Of a stretch of DNA of 64,000 bases, positions 56,507 through 64,000 are shown one piece after another. Source of the DNA: Eledone cirrhosa (Eukaryota); the NCBI GenBank assembly GCA_964016885.1, contig OZ024758.1, positions 7,192,001 through 7,256,000 of the forward strand, in the 5' to 3' direction. The notes under the pieces are model-generated. The model was not told the origin of the DNA and searched no databases. It saw only the letters and a list, made by a program, of their open reading frames with translations. The first letter of the stretch is position 1; each line of letters starts with the position of its first letter. The position numbers and the translations under genes are program-made.

Positions 56507-58116
56507 TATTTTTATATATATATATATATATATTTTTATATATATAAACATATATATAAATATATATGAATAGCAATTTTTAAAGGAACAAATAAATATT
56601 CATGATAAACATAAAATAAAATCGACGTTTTGGAAAAATTATTAACATTTGGTTAGGAAATTATGCCTCCTACAGACAGCAAAGATTTGTTATTAAATTA
56701 AAAGAAAGTCAATAGGAATTTTATTTGTAGACCATAAAAAATAGTTTCGATACAATTTCAAAATTGGTAATTCTATGTCTAATCATGCAGTTGTTCTATT
56801 TTCTTGGTAAATGATTTCATTAAAGATGTAGTGAAATTAAAGCAAACGAATCATTGGGACCCAATCCAAATCTACAACCAGGGCCTTTTCACTCGTGTTA
56901 GAGGAACCCCTCCTTACTTGATATCTACCGTTTTTGCTTTTAGACATGTCCTTATCACGTACTCACCACGCTTGGCCAATTGTGGGTTGGTGAGGCTATT
57001 TAACTTATAGCTGGGAAGGATGGCCGTTGATTCTGAAGAGTTGATCCCACTTCCTTTTGACAGCTTTTGTTATTTTTTGTGCTGCTGGGGTTGCGCTATA
57101 CCCTCCTCACCAGACTAGGGTCTTATAGGGGAGTTGGTCCTTACCAGACCAAGGTCTCTTTAGTCACCGACTACTCAACCATGAAACAGGATACATGGTA
57201 CTGGATTAAATGGTACCAGTGGCACGCAGAAGACCTGGCCTGATAGAATATGTACTTTTAGAAATGTATTTTTTACAATTTCGGAGTTATGCTTATCTGA
57301 ACTCGTGTATTGAAACAGCGTGGAAGAGTCATTTTAGCCATTTATATAAACAAATTAAAACTGTGTCAGTGATTAGGTAGAAAAGTTTAAGACATGAATT
57401 GGACAACACCGGTGGCGTGGAGAGGGGAGAATGGTGTGTATGGGCGACTGGTGGTCTTCCATAAACAACCATGCCCGGACTTGTGGCTCGGAAGGGAACA
57501 TTTCTAGGTACAAACATGATTGTTATACGTGACCATTTTGAAAATGAGTTACAATGATTACATTATATGTCATAGGCTCAGTCCTAACTGAATAAGTTCT
57601 GATCAAAATGAGTAAGTTATGATCAAAAGCATTCCAGCTATGGCCACCCCGGCCTTTTATTGGTTTCTGGCACTGCATTGTCTAATGTATCTTTCCTTGT
57701 TTCAGATTTGTTTGGTCTGATTTATTTAATATATTTTTATCATTTGAAGGATGTCAGGCTGCTATTTCTAGCAATTTAATACAGATCCCTTTTGTCTGGT
57801 TGTGTGATTGCAATTGATGTACAAACTTGAACATACTACCATTGCTAGCTACTTGCTACTCTACGTGACAGTAATGCGAAATTGTAGCAAGGGAATCGAT
57901 GTTTCAGTTCAGACACTGAAAAGTGTGTCAATATTTATTTAGTATCAATAATCGATTAGTTAATATAATCATAAACTCAATATCAGGTGAGTCATTATAG
58001 ATAAAGATACAATTACTTTTCAATCGATACATTAGTTAAAGATTAAATGAAAGAAGATTACGGTCAGTCTTTTCTATTACATGTCGATTTTGGGTGCAAA
58101 TTTGTTTGTGCATGTT

Positions 58117-58153
<37 letters not shown>

Positions 58154-58154
58154 G

Positions 58155-58193
<39 letters not shown>

Positions 58194-58246
58194 GTATACA
58201 TGACAAAAGTCGGTGGATTATTTGATCAACCCACTTTCTTCACTTG

Positions 58247-58311
<65 letters not shown>

Positions 58312-58349
58312 TATATATATCTATATATATATATATACATATATATATC

Positions 58350-58464
<115 letters not shown>

Positions 58465-58509
58465 TTATATATATATATATAAATATATATATATAAATAT
58501 ATATATATC

Positions 58510-58634
<125 letters not shown>

Positions 58635-58677
58635 TTATATATATATATATAAATATATATATATAAATATATATATA

Positions 58678-58739
<62 letters not shown>

Positions 58740-58779
58740 TATATATCTATATATATATATATATATATAAATATATATA

Positions 58780-58852
<73 letters not shown>

Positions 58853-59008
58853 AATGAATCAGGATCCCGACGACTGAACTCGGGCTGTTTCGACAGCGAG
58901 ATCCGAACTAACTGTTAGTTCGGCTCTAGCTGTCAGGTTTTACCAGGTAAAACTTGAACCGTGAAGGTCTCATTCCTGGATATGTCAATATTTATAAAAC
59001 AAACTTTG

Positions 59009-59069
59009 TATTTTATCTGATGAGAGCGTACCAAAGTTTTGGTACCCTTGAAATATATATAATAGAATA
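59009..59069 (+). ncRNA. Type I hammerhead ribozyme motif
   Basis: tattttat-CTGATGA-gagc-gtaccaaa-gt-tttggtac-cctt-GAAA-tatata-TA-atagaata, then AATAAA. Confidence 0.85.
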
Positions 59070-59153
59070 AATATGGTTTTATAAATATAGTTTCCATTTA
59101 TTAATATCATTGATATTATACTCCAGAAAAGTTGTCGAGTGCTTCTAATCAGT

Positions 59154-59222
<69 letters not shown>

Positions 59223-59279
59223 AATTACTAACAAATTAAATATCCCTTTGCTTATATATATATGTATATATATATATAT

Positions 59280-59375
59280 AGGAAAAAGTATGACCCCGAC
59301 GGCAGAGTTCAAGCCGTTTCGACAACTATTTCTGGTGCGTTATGGTCCATCTGGTTCCTTACCACAATTCCTTTG

Positions 59376-59378
<3 letters not shown>
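59280..59378. mobile_element. Internally deleted palindromic element in (TA)n
   Basis: The left arm is joined to the tail through the microhomology tctgg. Confidence 0.75.
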
Positions 59379-59417
<39 letters not shown>

Positions 59418-59473
59418 CATATATACATATATATGTGTGTGGGTGAGAGTCACGGATTCAATAGGTAATATAT

Positions 59474-59532
<59 letters not shown>

Positions 59533-59571
59533 GTAATAAAGGAAAGATATATACTTTATATCATCTCTATT

Positions 59572-59649
59572 TATTTTATTATATATATTTCGAAGATGTA
59601 AAGTTTTATGTATCACATAAAGCAAAAGATGTCCTCTTCAGACAAAACA
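59572..59649 (-). ncRNA. Type I hammerhead motif (relative of 36560)
   Basis: Minus: tgttttgt-CTGAAGA-gga..ttc-GAAA-tatata-TA-ataaaata. Stem I is retained through G.U pairs, and the tail matches 36521-36560. Confidence 0.75.
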
Positions 59650-60073
59650 CATAGAAAATGTAAATTTTTTCCTGATATGTTGATAGACAAACGAACTGGA
59701 CAGATCGGTGACCACTAAAGCATATATTCGATCGTCAAGTATGAAATTTGTAGAGACGTTTTTATTTTTTTAACAAACTTTTACAAATTTCATACTTGAC
59801 GACGACCCATTATATATATATTTATACATACACACATAAATGTGTGTATATAGAGAGGTTGTTGGACATACGTGTATATCTGCGTGCTATTATAGCAATA
59901 TATGATAAGCCTATATGATATGTAGACATTGTATATTCAACTGAACATCATTTTATGTGAATTTCATACATACATACATGCGCCCATGCTTGGCGTGTGT
60001 CTGTGAAAGTTATGACGCATTCGGTAATGTGGAGACAAATACATCCAGTCCCTTTTAACGTGGCCTTGAACGG

Positions 60074-60698
<625 letters not shown>

Positions 60699-60727
60699 AC
60701 GTGTGTGTGTATATATACACACATACA

Positions 60728-60778
<51 letters not shown>

Positions 60779-60979
60779 TATATATATATATATGTATATT
60801 TATATATATATATATATATATATACATATATATACACATATATATATGTACTCATAAACACGCGTATACATACATGTAGACTTATATGTTGAATTTTGAT
60901 ATTACATACATGTTGCTAACATGTAGATATAAATATATGTTTTGATCTTATACACATATACACATATACACATATACGC

Positions 60980-61790
60980 GCGTATAAATACATGTAGCTA
61001 ACGTATATACATGTATGTATGGGTTTGATCTTATAAATATTATATATATACACACATTTGTATATAAGATCATATACACATATACTCATATACACACGTA
61101 TAAATATCTGTAGCTAACATATAGCTATATATGTTAGCTACATGTATGTATGGGTTTCATCTTATAAATATTATATATATACACACATTTGTATATAAGA
61201 TCATATACACATATACTCATATACACACGTATAAATACATGTAGCTAACATATAGCTATATATGTTAGCTACATGTATGGGTTTGATCTTATAAATATTA
61301 TATATATACATACACACATTTGTATATAAGATCATATACACATATACTTATATACACACGTATAAATACATGTAGCTAACATATAGCTATATATGTTAGC
61401 TACATGTATGTATGGGTTTCATCTTATAAATATTATATATATACACACATTTGTATATAAGATCATATACACATATACTCATATACACACATATAAATAC
61501 ATGTAGCTAACATATAGCTATATATGTTAGCTACATGTATGTATGGGTTTGATCTTATAAATATTATATATATATATATACACACATTTGTATATAAGAT
61601 CATATACACATATACTCATATACACACGTATAAATACATGTAGCTAACATATAGCTATATATGTTAGCTACATGTATGGGTTTGATCTTATAAATATTAT
61701 ATATATGCACACATTTGTATATAAGATCATATACACATATACTCATATACACACGTATAAATATCTGTAGCTAAAGTATAGATATATAGA
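60980..61790. repeat. Satellite of about 131 bp with internal palindromes
   Basis: Units recur at about 61110, 61241, 61372, 61503 and 61640; they contain catgtagctaacatatagctatatatgttagctacatg or a close variant. Confidence 0.9.
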
Positions 61791-62935
61791 CATGGTGTAT
61801 AGATATGGCTCGGTGTGGCGTGGTGTGTACATGTATGTATGTGTGTGTGTGTGTATGTTTGTGTTTCTCTCTCTCACCCTCTCTCTCTGTCTCTCTCTGT
61901 ATACAGTCGAGTGGGATTTACTGTCAGTCAAAAACTAACGTGACTTACTATGCGTTTCCTCTAAACGGTCAGTAGGAGGCGAACGAACATTTGTTTATAG
62001 CAAATGATGAAGAATGAGATTTTATGTGCAAAGCGAATTTCATTATAACGGAGAATTTGAAGAGGAAAACCAACATTATTACAGTGTTAGCACAAATACA
62101 AACAGAATGCAATGAAGTGACAGGGAGAAGAAGGAAAGGATTGTGGACAACCAATCGTCTGCTGAGATGGGCAGTGAAATGGTCAGTTGGTCAACTCGAA
62201 GATCAACAATTGCATGGATTGATAAGCTAATGTAGCTTCCAATAGATGGCGGGGCAATAAACTTATACAAATATTTCACAAGCCTGACTTTAAAGTTAGA
62301 AACAAATTTCTGTCAGACTTAATATATTCGTTTCTGTAATAAGCAGACGATATTGGACTCTACAAGTGTTTCCCTCAATAATCTAGTCAACTATTAAACG
62401 AAGCCGTTTCTCCTAAAACTATTCTTCTTCAGAGAGTGAGTCAATGTTTATATACATATGGATATGTTATGTATGTATATATAGATATGTTATGTTATAT
62501 ATATATATAGAGAGAGCTATGTTATGTATGTATATATAGATATGTTGTGTATGTATATATAGATATGTTATGTATGTATGTATGTATGTATTTATGTATG
62601 TATGTATTTATATATGTATGTATTTATGTATGTATGTATGCATGTTATGTATATATAGATATGTTGGGTATGTATATATATAGATATGTTATGTATGTAT
62701 TTATGTATGTATGTATTTATGTATGTATGTATGTATGCATGTTATGTATGTATATATAGATATGTTGTGTATGTATATATATAGATATGTTATGTATGTA
62801 TTTATGTATGTATGTATTTATGTATGTATGTATGTATGCATACATGCATACATGCGCATATATACATGTGTATATGTATACGTGTATGTATATCTATATG
62901 TATACGTATATGTATATGTATATGTATATATATAC

Positions 62936-62970
<35 letters not shown>

Positions 62971-63299
62971 CGTATATGTATATGTGTATGTATATGTATA
63001 TGTGTATGTTTATTAGTATGTTTGAGAGTTTGTGTGAAAGAGAGAAGATGAGGCGAGAAGGAATTAACATTTAAAACTTCTGAAATAAAATCAATGCCAA
63101 ATAAACTTTGGTTATGACAGAATCGTTAGACTCTGTATTGATATCAGAACATCAGTTGGTATATATTTATTTTCCTAATCTACTTTTGATCATGAAGAAC
63201 GCCTGTTAGATATTTAAAATTGAGTATTGGTGAACTAGATACATACGAGCGCCGGCTGAAAAGTTCATGGGTTAACCAAAAGTTCATGCCATGACCAAA

Positions 63300-63830
63300 T
63301 GACTCAATCTCACCAATTGAACCTCAATCTCACCAATTGAACCTCAATCTTACAAATTGAACCACAATTTCAACAATCTGAATTGAACCTAAATCTCATC
63401 AAACTAAACTGAACCACAATCTCACCAATTGAGCCTCAATCTCACACATCTGAACTGAACCTCAGTCTTACCAATCTGAATTGAACCACATTCTCATCAA
63501 TCTGAATTGAACCACAATCTCACCAATTGAGCCTCAATCTCATCAATCATAATTGAACCACAATCTCACAACTGAGCCTCAATCTTGCCAATTGGAATTG
63601 AACCACAATCGCACCAACCGAACCTCAATCTCATCAATCTGAATTGAACCCCAATCTCACCAATTGAGCCTCAATCTCATCAATCTTAATTGAATCACAA
63701 TCTCACAACTGAGCCTCAATCTTGCCAATTGGAATTAAACCACAATCGCACCAACCGAACCTCAATCTCATCAATCTGAATTAAACCACAATCTTATCAA
63801 TTTGAATTGAACCTCAATCTTACCAGTTGG
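63300..63830. repeat. Diverged 20/25-bp minisatellite
   Basis: tgaacctcaatctcaccaat-type units. Confidence 0.85.
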
Positions 63831-64000
63831 AATAGACATGCAATGATGATTAGCAATATACCGCTTCCTCTAATTAAATTATTCTAAAATAGCTCAAACT
63901 ACTACATAGAGGATCTCTCGTTGTATTACCAATAGACTTATCAACAATACCTTATAGTAACATTTTAATATATTAACCAATATATCACTATTAATTATTC

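Overview
Very AT-rich, microsatellite-saturated eukaryotic DNA. The repeat content resembles what I recall of coleoid cephalopod, probably octopod, genomes; this was not checked by search. No complete host gene is visible, and nearly all ORFs in the track are translations of (TA)n/(CA)n/(GA)n tracts. The window contains about 20 copies or fragments of one tRNA-derived SINE, about 8 copies of a mariner-type MITE, several RTE-clade LINE remnants (one with a twin-priming inversion), a probable non-autonomous Helitron, a hAT MITE, a solo LTR carrying a 39-bp minisatellite, and many minisatellites. One minus-strand exon with a possible start codon is well supported (44911-45108). The most striking signal is that many short islands next to (TA)n or other simple repeats carry type I hammerhead ribozyme motifs: about 11 motifs from about 5 sequence families, mostly with the palindromic stem III and downstream AATAAA typical of Penelope-like elements. 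Other islands are fold-back palindromes that appear to be centred on the hammerhead stem II. Larger fold-back inversions around (TA)n tracts are also present. All calls are by eye, and coordinates may be off by a few bases.
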